A DNA stretch of 64,000 nucleotides from an uncultured Gemmatimonadales bacterium (GTDB lineage Bacteria > Gemmatimonadota > Gemmatimonadetes > Gemmatimonadales > GWC2-71-9), in NCBI GenBank assembly GCA_963779755.1, contig CAVZZO010000003.1, forward strand, positions 320,001-384,000, in the 5' to 3' direction. Shown one piece after another: positions 11,066 through 20,298 of the stretch. The notes beneath the pieces were generated by a model. It was not told where the DNA came from. It ran no database searches and saw nothing but the letters and a program-made list of their open reading frames with translations. Position numbers and translations under genes: made by a program. Within the stretch, counting starts at the first letter, position 1; the number at the start of each line of letters is the position of its first letter.

Positions 11066-12424
11066 ATGCGATATGCTCGCTGGTGCCTCCAGGCCGCCCT
11101 GGCACTGGGCACTCTGCTCGCCGCGCCTGCCCTGCGGGCGCAGCAGGCCTCGGCCGACACCTCGTGGGTCGCCCGCAGCGCGCTCTACGAGGTGTTTACC
11201 CAGGACTTCTCGGCGCGGGGCACGCTGCAGGGCGTCACCGACGGCCTGGACCGCATCCAGGCCTCGGGCGCCAACGTGATCTGGCTCATGCCGGTGCAGC
11301 CGGTGGGCATTCTGAAGCACAAAGGTACCCTGGGCTCTCGCTACGCCATCAGGGACTACATGGCGATCGATTCCACCTATGGGACCGCGGCGGACTTCCG
11401 GGCCCTGGTGGACGCGGCGCACGAGCGGGGCATGAAGGTCATCCTCGACTGGGTGCCGGACCACACCGCCCCGGATCATCCCTGGGTGCGGCAACACCCT
11501 GACTGGTACATCCACGACGCGCAGGGGAACCCGGCCGTTCCCCGCGACCCGGGTGGCAAGCCGACCGACTGGACCGACGTGGTCCAGCTCGACTACCAGA
11601 GCCCGGAGCTGCGGCAGGTGATGATCAATGCCATGCGGGACTGGCTCACGCACTTCGACCTGGACGGCTTCCGGATGGACGTGGCCGGGTTCATTCCGGG
11701 CGATTTCTGGCGCCAGGCGATCCCGGCGCTCCGGGCGTCGGTCTCCCGGCGCATCCTGCTGCTGGCGGAGGCGGGCGAGCCTGAGCTCACGAGCGACGGG
11801 TTCGACCTCATCTACGCCTGGGACAGCTATGCCCGCCTCAAGGCCGTCTGGCGCGGGGCCCCGGCCGCGAGCTTCCTGCCCCCGGAGATCGCCGACCTCC
11901 GGGCCCTGCCACCCACTGGCGCGCGGATGCGGTTCACCACCAACCACGACGAAACGGCATGGGACGCTCCGCCGGTGAAGCTCTTTGGTGGACCCGACGG
12001 GGCCCGGGCCGCTTTTGTCGCGATGGCGCTGCTGCCGGGGCGCCCCCTGCTCTACAACGGGCAGGAGGTGGAAAGCCCACAGCAACTCGGCATCTTCGAG
12101 AAAGAGGCGATCGCCTGGAACCAGCCGGACGCAGACGTGGCCCGCGCCTTCTACGCCCGGGTCGTGCGGCTGGATACGAGCGACCCGTCCCTGCTGCGCC
12201 GGGACCTGGAGCAGGTGACCACCACCGATCCGGCGGATCTGATCGCTTACCGCCGGGGCGACCTTCTGATCGTGGTCAATACGCGAGATCATCCGCTCCA
12301 GCTGACGATCCCGGGACTCGAGCTCCGCGGAACCCGCAATCTGCTCACCGATGAGATCATGCCGGGCGGCCCCATCACCCTGCGGGCCTACGGCGCCCTG
12401 CTGCTCCGGGCGCCGGCTCCATGA
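11066..12424 (+). CDS. GH13 alpha-amylase family glycosidase
   Basis: DWVPDH, DGFRMDVA, LAE, NHD conserved regions; signal peptide; GAGGAG RBS. Confidence 0.92.
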   Translation: MRYARWCLQAALALGTLLAAPALRAQQASADTSWVARSALYEVFTQDFSARGTLQGVTDGLDRIQASGANVIWLMPVQPVGILKHKGTLGSRYAIRDYMAIDSTYGTAADFRALVDAAHERGMKVILDWVPDHTAPDHPWVRQHPDWYIHDAQGNPAVPRDPGGKPTDWTDVVQLDYQSPELRQVMINAMRDWLTHFDLDGFRMDVAGFIPGDFWRQAIPALRASVSRRILLLAEAGEPELTSDGFDLIYAWDSYARLKAVWRGAPAASFLPPEIADLRALPPTGARMRFTTNHDETAWDAPPVKLFGGPDGARAAFVAMALLPGRPLLYNGQEVESPQQLGIFEKEAIAWNQPDADVARAFYARVVRLDTSDPSLLRRDLEQVTTTDPADLIAYRRGDLLIVVNTRDHPLQLTIPGLELRGTRNLLTDEIMPGGPITLRAYGALLLRAPAP

Positions 12425-14895
12425 CCCCCCGGGCCACGGTTCCGTTGCTGCTCCTGCTGCTGGCCCTCTCCGCCCTGCCCGCACCGGCGGCGGCGCAGCG
12501 GCAGCGGTTTTCCATGGATCCGGGCTGGCGTTTCACCCGGGGCGATCCCGCCGGTGCCGAGCAGCCCGATTTCGACGATAACCAGTGGCGGCGGCTGGAC
12601 CTGCCGCACGACTGGAGCATCGAGGGGGTGCCCGACTCTCTGGCAGCGGGCGGCGGCCGGGTGGGCTATTTCCCCACCGGGATCGGCTGGTACCGGAAAT
12701 CCTTCCGGCTGCCGGCCGGAGCCAGCGGCCACGAGGTGCGGCTGGAGTTCGACGGCGTCTACATGAACAGCGACGTCTGGATCAATGGGGTGCACCTGGG
12801 CCGGCGGCCCTACGGCTACAGCAGCTTCGCTTATGATATCACCCGCCACCTGGTCCCGGGTATCAATGTGGTGGCGGTGCGGGTGGACAACTCCCACCAG
12901 CCCAACTCCCGCTGGTACACCGGCAGCGGGATCTACCGCCATACCTGGCTCACCGTCCTGGCGCCGCTGCATGTGGCGCACTGGGGCAGCGTCATCACCA
13001 CCCCGCGGGCCGACAGCGCGGGCGCCCGCGTTCTGGTCCGCACCCGCATCCGGAACCGCACCGGCGCCGTACGGCGTGGCGTGCTGCGGTCGCTGGTGCT
13101 GGACAGCGCGGGGACGATCCTCGCACGAGCAGAGGCGCCGTTTACGGCGCGCGCGGGCGACAGCGCGGCGGTGGAGCAGAATCTGGAGGTCGCGCGGCCC
13201 AGTCTCTGGTCGGTGGAATCGCCCGCGCTCTACACCCTGCGGCAGGAGGTGCTGGCCGGGGGGAAGACGGTGGACACCGCCGCCACTCCGTTCGGAATCC
13301 GGAGCATCGCCTGGGATGCCGACCGCGGCTTCCTGCTCAATGGCCGGCGGGTGAAGCTGCGCGGCGTCAACCTGCACCACGATGCCGGCGGACTCGGCGC
13401 GGCGGTGCCGGAACGGGTGTGGGAAACCCGGCTCAGCACCCTCAAGGCAATGGGCGCCAACGCCATCCGGACCTCGCACAACCCGCCCGCCCCCGAGTTC
13501 CTGGCTCTGTGCGACCGGCTCGGCTTCCTGGTCATGGCCGAGGCGTTCGACGAATGGACCATGGGCAAGGTACCGGGCGGCTATCACAACTACTTCGACG
13601 AGTGGTCGGAGCGCGACGTGGTGGATTTCATCCACCGCGACCACAACCATCCGTCCATCGTCCTCTGGAGTGCCGGCAACGAGATCGGCGAACAGAGCGC
13701 CCCGGACGGCGCCGCCGTGCTCCGCCGGCTGGTGTCGATCTTCCACCGGGAGGACCCGACCAGGCCGGTTACCACCGGCAACGATCAGATCGCCGCCGAC
13801 GGCCACGCGGCCACCCTGGAGTTTCTCAACAGTGAAGACATCGTCGGCTATAACTACGTGGACCGCTGGCACGAACGGCGGGAGTTGTTCGCCGAGGAGG
13901 ACCGGCACGACCATCCCGACTGGAAGATGGTGGGGACGGAGAGCGGCAACATCTTCCAGAGCTTCGACGACAGCTATTCCCTGGGCGACGATTCCGCCGT
14001 GGTGCACGCCAACTATACCAGCGGCATGATCCAGGCGGAGCGGCTGTGGAAGTGGGTCGAGACGCATGACTACTTTGCCGGCGACTTCATGTGGACCGGC
14101 ATTGACTATCTGGGTGAGGCGACCTGGCCCTTCAAGGGTTTCCCCTCCGGCGATCTGGACATCACCGGCCGTCCCAAGGACGGCTACTATCTCTACCAGA
14201 GCCTCTGGACCGGCCGTCCCGTGCTGCACCTCCAGCCCCACTGGACCTGGCCCGGACGCGAGGGGCAGACCATACCCGTCCTGGCCTACACCAACTGCAA
14301 CACGGTGGAGTTGTTCCTGAACGGCCGCTCCCTGGGCGAGAAGCGGCTGGAATTCCCCGCTCAGGGAACCTCCGGAGGCTGGAACAGCTATGCCCAGCCG
14401 GTGGTGCACAGCACCACAGACGATCTCCACCTGAGTTGGGACGTGCCCTATGAACCCGGAACGCTGAAGGCGGTCGGACGGCGGCGGGACGGCACGGTGG
14501 CCTGTCTCGACTCGGCGCGGACCGCGGGCGAGCCGGCCGCCATCCGCCTCAGTCCGGACCGCGACACCATCACCACTGCACCCGGGGATGTCCTCGAGTT
14601 GCGGTTTGCCATCGTGGACCGCGGGGGCACCGTGGTCCCCGGCGCCGCCCCGATGGTCCACGTCGCTGCCCGGGGCGGGACCCTGCTGGCGATGGATAAC
14701 GCCGATCTCCGGGATCACGAGCCGTACCAGACCGACAGCCGCCGGGCCTATCAAGGGCGCGGCATCGCCTATTTGCGCGCTGGCGCTCGCGGCGTGCTGA
14801 GGGTGCGGGTATCGTCCGAGGGATTGGCACCGGTGGAGGTGGAGATTCGCGTCGTTCCCGGGATGGTGCCGGAAACCGTGCCTCCCGCCCACTGA
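12421..14895 (+). CDS. GH2 beta-galactosidase-like glycoside hydrolase
   Basis: LPHDWSIE, FDGVYMN, SRWYTGSGIYR, IRTSHNPP, NHPSIVLWSAGNE. Confidence 0.93.
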   Translation: MTPRATVPLLLLLLALSALPAPAAAQRQRFSMDPGWRFTRGDPAGAEQPDFDDNQWRRLDLPHDWSIEGVPDSLAAGGGRVGYFPTGIGWYRKSFRLPAGASGHEVRLEFDGVYMNSDVWINGVHLGRRPYGYSSFAYDITRHLVPGINVVAVRVDNSHQPNSRWYTGSGIYRHTWLTVLAPLHVAHWGSVITTPRADSAGARVLVRTRIRNRTGAVRRGVLRSLVLDSAGTILARAEAPFTARAGDSAAVEQNLEVARPSLWSVESPALYTLRQEVLAGGKTVDTAATPFGIRSIAWDADRGFLLNGRRVKLRGVNLHHDAGGLGAAVPERVWETRLSTLKAMGANAIRTSHNPPAPEFLALCDRLGFLVMAEAFDEWTMGKVPGGYHNYFDEWSERDVVDFIHRDHNHPSIVLWSAGNEIGEQSAPDGAAVLRRLVSIFHREDPTRPVTTGNDQIAADGHAATLEFLNSEDIVGYNYVDRWHERRELFAEEDRHDHPDWKMVGTESGNIFQSFDDSYSLGDDSAVVHANYTSGMIQAERLWKWVETHDYFAGDFMWTGIDYLGEATWPFKGFPSGDLDITGRPKDGYYLYQSLWTGRPVLHLQPHWTWPGREGQTIPVLAYTNCNTVELFLNGRSLGEKRLEFPAQGTSGGWNSYAQPVVHSTTDDLHLSWDVPYEPGTLKAVGRRRDGTVACLDSARTAGEPAAIRLSPDRDTITTAPGDVLELRFAIVDRGGTVVPGAAPMVHVAARGGTLLAMDNADLRDHEPYQTDSRRAYQGRGIAYLRAGARGVLRVRVSSEGLAPVEVEIRVVPGMVPETVPPAH

Positions 14896-14908
14896 AGAAG
14901 GACGAGCT

Positions 14909-17557
14909 ATGCGACCGCGCCCCCTTGCCGCCCTGCTGTTCCTGGGCCTGGCCGGTCCCGGCCATCGCGACGCCCCGGCCCTGCCGGAGGGGCCCGATCC
15001 CGGGGTCGCTGCCACCCGCGCCGTGTATCTCGACTCTCACGGCGTGATCCGCTGGAAGGATTCGCGCCGGGAGGTGGCGCTGTTCGGCGCGAATTACGTT
15101 CTCACCACCGCCAGCGATTACCGGGCCGCCGGCTATCTGCACGCCGACCGGAAGCGGATGATCGACGAGGACATGGCCCAGTTCGCGCGGATGGGCTGGG
15201 ACGGCATGCGGCTCACCTTCTGGGGAGACTGGGAGGCCTCGGACTCCGCCGGGAATCTCCTCGCCAACGATCACCTGGACCTGCTGGATTATCTCATCGC
15301 CCGGGCCCGCGAGCGCGGGATCTACATGCTGTTCAGCCCGATTCAGCTCTACAGCGCGAACTGGCCCGACGCCATGCAAGACACCACCGACCCCGGGTTC
15401 GGCCGCCGCTATGGCCGGGACGTGATGGGCACCGACCCGGCCGCCATCGCCACCCAGGCCATCTACCTGCGGCAGATCCTGGACCATGTGAATCCCTACA
15501 CCGGCGTGGCCCTGAAAGACGAGCCGGCCATTCTGTTCATCGAGCTGGTGAACGAGCCGGTGCACCACCCGGCGGATACCGCGGGCTCCATCCGCTACAT
15601 CAACACCCTGGTGGACGCGGTGCGCAGCACCGGCTGCCGCAAGCTCATCTTCTACAACGTGAGCCAGGATTTCCGGATCGGCGAGGCAATCCGGCGCTCG
15701 AAGGCCCAGGGGGTCACCTTCGGCTGGTACCCTACCGGTCTCAATTCGGGCCATGAGCTTCAAGGCAACTACCTGCGCGGGGTGGATGCCTATCCCGACA
15801 TGCTGCGACCCGAACTGGCCCGGCTGCCCCGCATCGTGTACGAATTCGACACGCCCGATCTGCGCAGCGGGACCATGTATCCCGCCATGGCCCGAACCTA
15901 CCGCTCCGTCGGGGCGCAGTTCGCCGCCATGTTCGCCTATGACATGCTGGAAACCGCCTCGCGGAATCTGGGCTGGCAGACCCATTACCTCAATCTGGTC
16001 TACACCCCGCGCAAGGCGATGAGCGCCGTCATCGCGGCCGAGGCCATGCGTCGCCTGCCCCGGATGAAGTCGTACGGGACGTATCCGGAAAACACCCGGT
16101 TCGGCGATTTCCATGTTTCGGCGGATTCGAACCTGGGCGAGTTGGTGTCGCGCGATGCCTTCCTCTATGCCGGTTCGACCGGCTCCGTCCCGCCCGATCC
16201 GGGGGCCCTGCGACGACTCGCCGGATACGGCTCCTCACCCGTCGTCCAGTATCCCGGACTGGGGACCTACTTCCTGGACAAGATGCGCCCCGGGCTCTGG
16301 CGGCTGGAGGTGTATGCTGACGCCGTGCCGGTGGCCGACCCCTTCGAGCCGCCGCGGGCGGACAAGCTGGTGACCCGCGCGATCAGCCGCGCCTGGCCCA
16401 TGACGGTGCACCTGCCGGATCTGGGCGATTCCTTCACCGTCCAGCCCTTGGCGGCCGGGAATCCGCAGACCGAGCGGGCCCGGGACGGCCGCTTCCGGGT
16501 GACTCCCGGGGTATACGTCCTGAGCGCCGCCGGCCCGGTGGACCGCGGCATCCTGCCGCGCACACTGGGCGCGATCGGGTTCGCCGAGTATCACGCGCCG
16601 CCGCCGGATACCCTCCCACCAGTAGTACGGTCGCTCGCCGCTCCGTCGTATCTGGCCGGCCACGATGCCCACTTCGCGGCAGAGGTGGTGGACCGCACCA
16701 ATGCCGATTCGGTCAAGCTCTTCCTCCGGCGCACCGCCGCGGACTTCTATCACGGCTACCGGATGGAGCGGGCCGGCGCCTACCGCTATGGCGTATCCGT
16801 TCCCGCCGCATCGCTCCAGCCGGGACCGTACGAGTTCGTGATCACCCTCTACCGGGGCGACTCGGCCGCCACCTTCCCCGGCGGCGCCCGACAGCAGCCC
16901 TGGGACTGGAATTACGACAACCGCGCCTCATGGAAGGTCAGCATTATCGCCCCCGGGACACCGCTGGCGCTTTTCCAGCCGGGCAGCGATGCGAACTGGC
17001 TGGCCTTCAGCCGCATCGGCGACGCCGGGCGGCGGGGCCTGTATCGGCTGATCCTCTCGCCCCGGACCGGCCAGCCCCTCTTCCAGTTCAGCCTCCCAGT
17101 GGCTCCGAGCGGCTGGACGCCGCCGGATTACACCGCCTCCCTGATGATCGCGGATCGGGTTCGGGCCCGGGGCGGGGAGATGCGCATGGCCGACAGCGTA
17201 CACCTGCGGCTCCGGGGGATGGGGCCGCATCAAGTGCTGTATCTGACGTTGATGGAGGACGACGGCACCAGTTGGACCGAGGCGTTACCGCTGGACTCGG
17301 CATGGAGTGAGCCGAGCCTGCCGCTCACGGCCTTCCAACCCGGCCGCGGGGTCCTGCTGCCCGAGGGGTTTCCCGGGGAATGGAATTACTGGGTGAAGCC
17401 GGCTCAGGGCCGGGGCGGGCCGGGCGACCACCCCCGGCTCGACCACCTGGAACGGTTGCAGTTGTCACTCCGGCCCGAGCCGGGGGACATCCCCCGGCCC
17501 GGAGCCTATGGCGTCCTGGTGGAATGGGTGCATCTCGACTTCAGCACGGCGCCCTGA
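14909..17557 (+). CDS. Clan GH-A (GH5-like) secreted glycoside hydrolase with long C-terminal extension
   Basis: HVNPYTGVALKDEPAILFIELVNEP acid/base motif; VYEFD putative nucleophile. Confidence 0.7.
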   Translation: MRPRPLAALLFLGLAGPGHRDAPALPEGPDPGVAATRAVYLDSHGVIRWKDSRREVALFGANYVLTTASDYRAAGYLHADRKRMIDEDMAQFARMGWDGMRLTFWGDWEASDSAGNLLANDHLDLLDYLIARARERGIYMLFSPIQLYSANWPDAMQDTTDPGFGRRYGRDVMGTDPAAIATQAIYLRQILDHVNPYTGVALKDEPAILFIELVNEPVHHPADTAGSIRYINTLVDAVRSTGCRKLIFYNVSQDFRIGEAIRRSKAQGVTFGWYPTGLNSGHELQGNYLRGVDAYPDMLRPELARLPRIVYEFDTPDLRSGTMYPAMARTYRSVGAQFAAMFAYDMLETASRNLGWQTHYLNLVYTPRKAMSAVIAAEAMRRLPRMKSYGTYPENTRFGDFHVSADSNLGELVSRDAFLYAGSTGSVPPDPGALRRLAGYGSSPVVQYPGLGTYFLDKMRPGLWRLEVYADAVPVADPFEPPRADKLVTRAISRAWPMTVHLPDLGDSFTVQPLAAGNPQTERARDGRFRVTPGVYVLSAAGPVDRGILPRTLGAIGFAEYHAPPPDTLPPVVRSLAAPSYLAGHDAHFAAEVVDRTNADSVKLFLRRTAADFYHGYRMERAGAYRYGVSVPAASLQPGPYEFVITLYRGDSAATFPGGARQQPWDWNYDNRASWKVSIIAPGTPLALFQPGSDANWLAFSRIGDAGRRGLYRLILSPRTGQPLFQFSLPVAPSGWTPPDYTASLMIADRVRARGGEMRMADSVHLRLRGMGPHQVLYLTLMEDDGTSWTEALPLDSAWSEPSLPLTAFQPGRGVLLPEGFPGEWNYWVKPAQGRGGPGDHPRLDHLERLQLSLRPEPGDIPRPGAYGVLVEWVHLDFSTAP

Positions 17558-17569
17558 CCCGCCGGGAGA

Positions 17570-17947
17570 TCAGGGGCGAAGTGTCGCCGTGCTGTTGAAC
17601 AGCTGCGCGGTAACCATGAAGTCCACTACGGTACCGGGGGCGAGCAGAAGCGGCCCGGACTCGAAGGGGCGGCGGTGGACTTCGTTGGGCTGCGCCCGCA
17701 GATAGAGCGAGCCGTTCCCGATCATTCCCTGTGGAATAGTGAACTGGGCCTGCAGCCCGGGATTCACCATGCCCAGGCGGTGGGTGGTTCCACCCCCGAT
17801 GACATAGATCTCGACCGGCAGGGCGTTGTGGTTGGCAACCACGACCGTCACCGGATCGCCGGGAGCCGGTTGTTCCGCCTGCTTGTTATGAGCGCAGGCC
17901 GCCGTGAGCAGTAGCCCGCATGCCAGCACCACCCAGCCTCTCATCAT
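17570..17947 (-). CDS. Hypothetical lipoprotein
   Basis: Lipobox LTAAC; GGAGG RBS. Confidence 0.7.
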   Translation of the reverse strand: MMRGWVVLACGLLLTAACAHNKQAEQPAPGDPVTVVVANHNALPVEIYVIGGGTTHRLGMVNPGLQAQFTIPQGMIGNGSLYLRAQPNEVHRRPFESGPLLLAPGTVVDFMVTAQLFNSTATLRP

Positions 17948-18024
17948 GTAGACCTCCTGTGGTCGGCGGCAGCTACCGCCGAGCGCTGATCGGGCGGTTG
18001 TCCGGAGACCGCCGCCCGGCCCGC

Positions 18025-18246
18025 CTACTCGGGATCGCCGCGGCTTCCGGCTCCGGCGCCGCCGCGAAGCGCGAGGGCCAGCATCAGCGCGCCGAACACC
18101 AGGAGCGCCAGACCCCACCAGAGGTTCACGTTGATCCCCAGCGAGCGCTGGTAGATCGCGCGATTCGACAGCAGCCCGAACACTACGAGCATGCCGCCGA
18201 CGATGCTGAACATGAGCCCTATGGGCAACCGCAGATCGAGCCTCAT
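18025..18246 (-). CDS. Small membrane protein associated with sodium:solute symporter
   Basis: MRLDLRLPIGLMF...GINVNLWWG, two TM segments, directly after the SSS gene. Confidence 0.8.
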   Translation of the reverse strand: MRLDLRLPIGLMFSIVGGMLVVFGLLSNRAIYQRSLGINVNLWWGLALLVFGALMLALALRGGAGAGSRGDPE

Positions 18247-18254
18247 CGGAGCCT

Positions 18255-19964
18255 CTACCGGAAGATAATGTTGAGCACCAGCGTGAGGGCCAGGACCACC
18301 ACCCCCAGGGTGGCCGGGCGCTTCCACCATACCAGGTCCCTGTTGGTCAGGCGAGGCGTCAAGGCATAGACCAGGCCGTGCAGTTCCTCGTCCGTCCGAT
18401 CCTGCCGGGTAGCCAGCGAAATGAGGATGGTCGTGCTGAAGCAGACGGTCCAGGCGATGATGGCGGTCCAGAAGTTCTGCGCCATCTCGCTGGGATAGGT
18501 ATGCAGGTTGGCCCCGAGGAAGGCGCCGTTGAGGCCGGCGCTGGCGTCCTGCGGCAGAGTGAGCCCATGGTGCACCGCGGCCGCGAGCGTCCCTAGCAGC
18601 AGGCCGAAGAAGGCGCCGTGGCCGGTCGAGCGGCGCCAGAACATGCCCAGCAGGAAAGTGGCGAAGAGCGGGGCATTCACGAAGGCAAACACCAGTTGCA
18701 GCATGTCCATGATGTTGTTGAACCGCGTCGTGGCATAGGCCGCCGCCACGCTGAGCAGGATTCCGGCCACCGTGGCCGTATGCCCCATGCGTAGATAGTG
18801 GCTGTCGGTCTGTCCCGGACGGATGTACGACTGGTAGATGTCGTAGGTCCACACGGTATTGAACGCGGTGACGTTCCCCGCCATGCCCGACATGAACGAC
18901 GCCATCAGCGCCGTAAGCCCCAGTCCCAGGAGTCCCGTCGGCAGGTAGTGGGCCAGCAGCATGGGCATGGCCAGGTTGTAGTTGGGCACCCCATTGGCCC
19001 CGACCGGCAGGAGGCCGCCGTGGCCCGCCTGCAACGCGATGGCGATCATCCCCGGCACAATCACCAGAAAGGGAAAGAGCATCTTGGGGACGGCGGCAAG
19101 GAGCGGGGTCCGGCGGGCGGCGGTCATGGACTCGGCGGCCATGGCGCGCTGGATCACGAGGAAGTCGGTGCACCAGTAGCCGAACGACAGCACGAAGCCC
19201 AGTCCCATCACCATGCCGAACCACTCGACGCCCATGGGATTCGCCGCGGCCGACCCCAGGTGGCTCCAGGAGGCGGACCAGGCATCGGGGGCATATCCCG
19301 CACCGGTGGCCACCGGCGCCAGCCGGGCGGTGAGCCCACTCCAGCCACCCACGTCCTTGAGCCCGAGAAGCACCAGGGGGAGAAAGCCCAGCACGATCAG
19401 GAAGAACTGCAGCACCTCGTTGTAGATCGCGGAGGTGAGGCCGCCCAGGAAGATGTACGCCAGGACGATGACCGCCGAGAGGAGCACGCTGGTGTGGAAG
19501 TTCCAGCCCAGGATGAGCTCGAGCAGCTTGGCCAGCGCGTACATCGAGATGCCGGAAGAGAAGACCGTCATCACCGCGAAAGTGATGGCGTTGAATGCCC
19601 GGGTCTTTTCGTCGAAGCGCAGCCGGAGGTACTCGGGCACCGATCGCGCCCGGGAACCGTAGTAGAACGGCATCATGAAGATGCCCACGAATACCATGGC
19701 CGGGATGGCGCCCACCCAGTAGAAATGGCTGGTCATCATCCCGTACTTGGCGCCTGAGGCCGCCATGCCGATCACTTCCTGGGCACCCAGGTTGGCCGAG
19801 AGGAAGGCGAGCCCGGCGATCCAGGTCGGGATCCGGCGGCCGGACAGAAAGAAGTCGTCGCTGCTCTTCACCTGCCGGCGCAACACCCAGCCGATGCCCA
19901 GCACAAAGGCGAAGTAAACGATCAGGATGGCGTAGTCGATCGAGCCCAGCTGGATCTGGTGCAC
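18255..19964 (-). CDS. Sodium:solute symporter (SSS) family sugar transporter
   Basis: DFFLSGR, SANLGA, PEYLRLRFD, YWCTDFLVIQRAMAA; many TM helices. Confidence 0.93.
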   Translation of the reverse strand: MHQIQLGSIDYAILIVYFAFVLGIGWVLRRQVKSSDDFFLSGRRIPTWIAGLAFLSANLGAQEVIGMAASGAKYGMMTSHFYWVGAIPAMVFVGIFMMPFYYGSRARSVPEYLRLRFDEKTRAFNAITFAVMTVFSSGISMYALAKLLELILGWNFHTSVLLSAVIVLAYIFLGGLTSAIYNEVLQFFLIVLGFLPLVLLGLKDVGGWSGLTARLAPVATGAGYAPDAWSASWSHLGSAAANPMGVEWFGMVMGLGFVLSFGYWCTDFLVIQRAMAAESMTAARRTPLLAAVPKMLFPFLVIVPGMIAIALQAGHGGLLPVGANGVPNYNLAMPMLLAHYLPTGLLGLGLTALMASFMSGMAGNVTAFNTVWTYDIYQSYIRPGQTDSHYLRMGHTATVAGILLSVAAAYATTRFNNIMDMLQLVFAFVNAPLFATFLLGMFWRRSTGHGAFFGLLLGTLAAAVHHGLTLPQDASAGLNGAFLGANLHTYPSEMAQNFWTAIIAWTVCFSTTILISLATRQDRTDEELHGLVYALTPRLTNRDLVWWKRPATLGVVVLALTLVLNIIFR

Positions 19965-20298
19965 GGCCGGTCTTCCGATAGAATGTTCTCTGACGGGGAA
20001 ATTGCCCAGACAAGTTCGGTCGCGCGGGGCCGCGGCGCAAGACGCCAGACCGGTTCCTCAATGGAACCACAATGAACCCGCAGAGTACGCGGATTTTCGC
20101 AGATACTTCGGTTGGGCTCGCCCTCGTGGCTGGACCATCACACCATGCTGAAATCTTTGGCAACAGCACCGGCGTCGTCTGCAAGCCTGCGGTTTCATCA
20201 GTCGGAAGCCCGCCGCCTAGCGCGACGGCGTCAGATGCCCTAAGTTATTGCAGGGCAGCAACCTCGCCCTGCTCACACCATCCCAAGAGAAACGCTCC

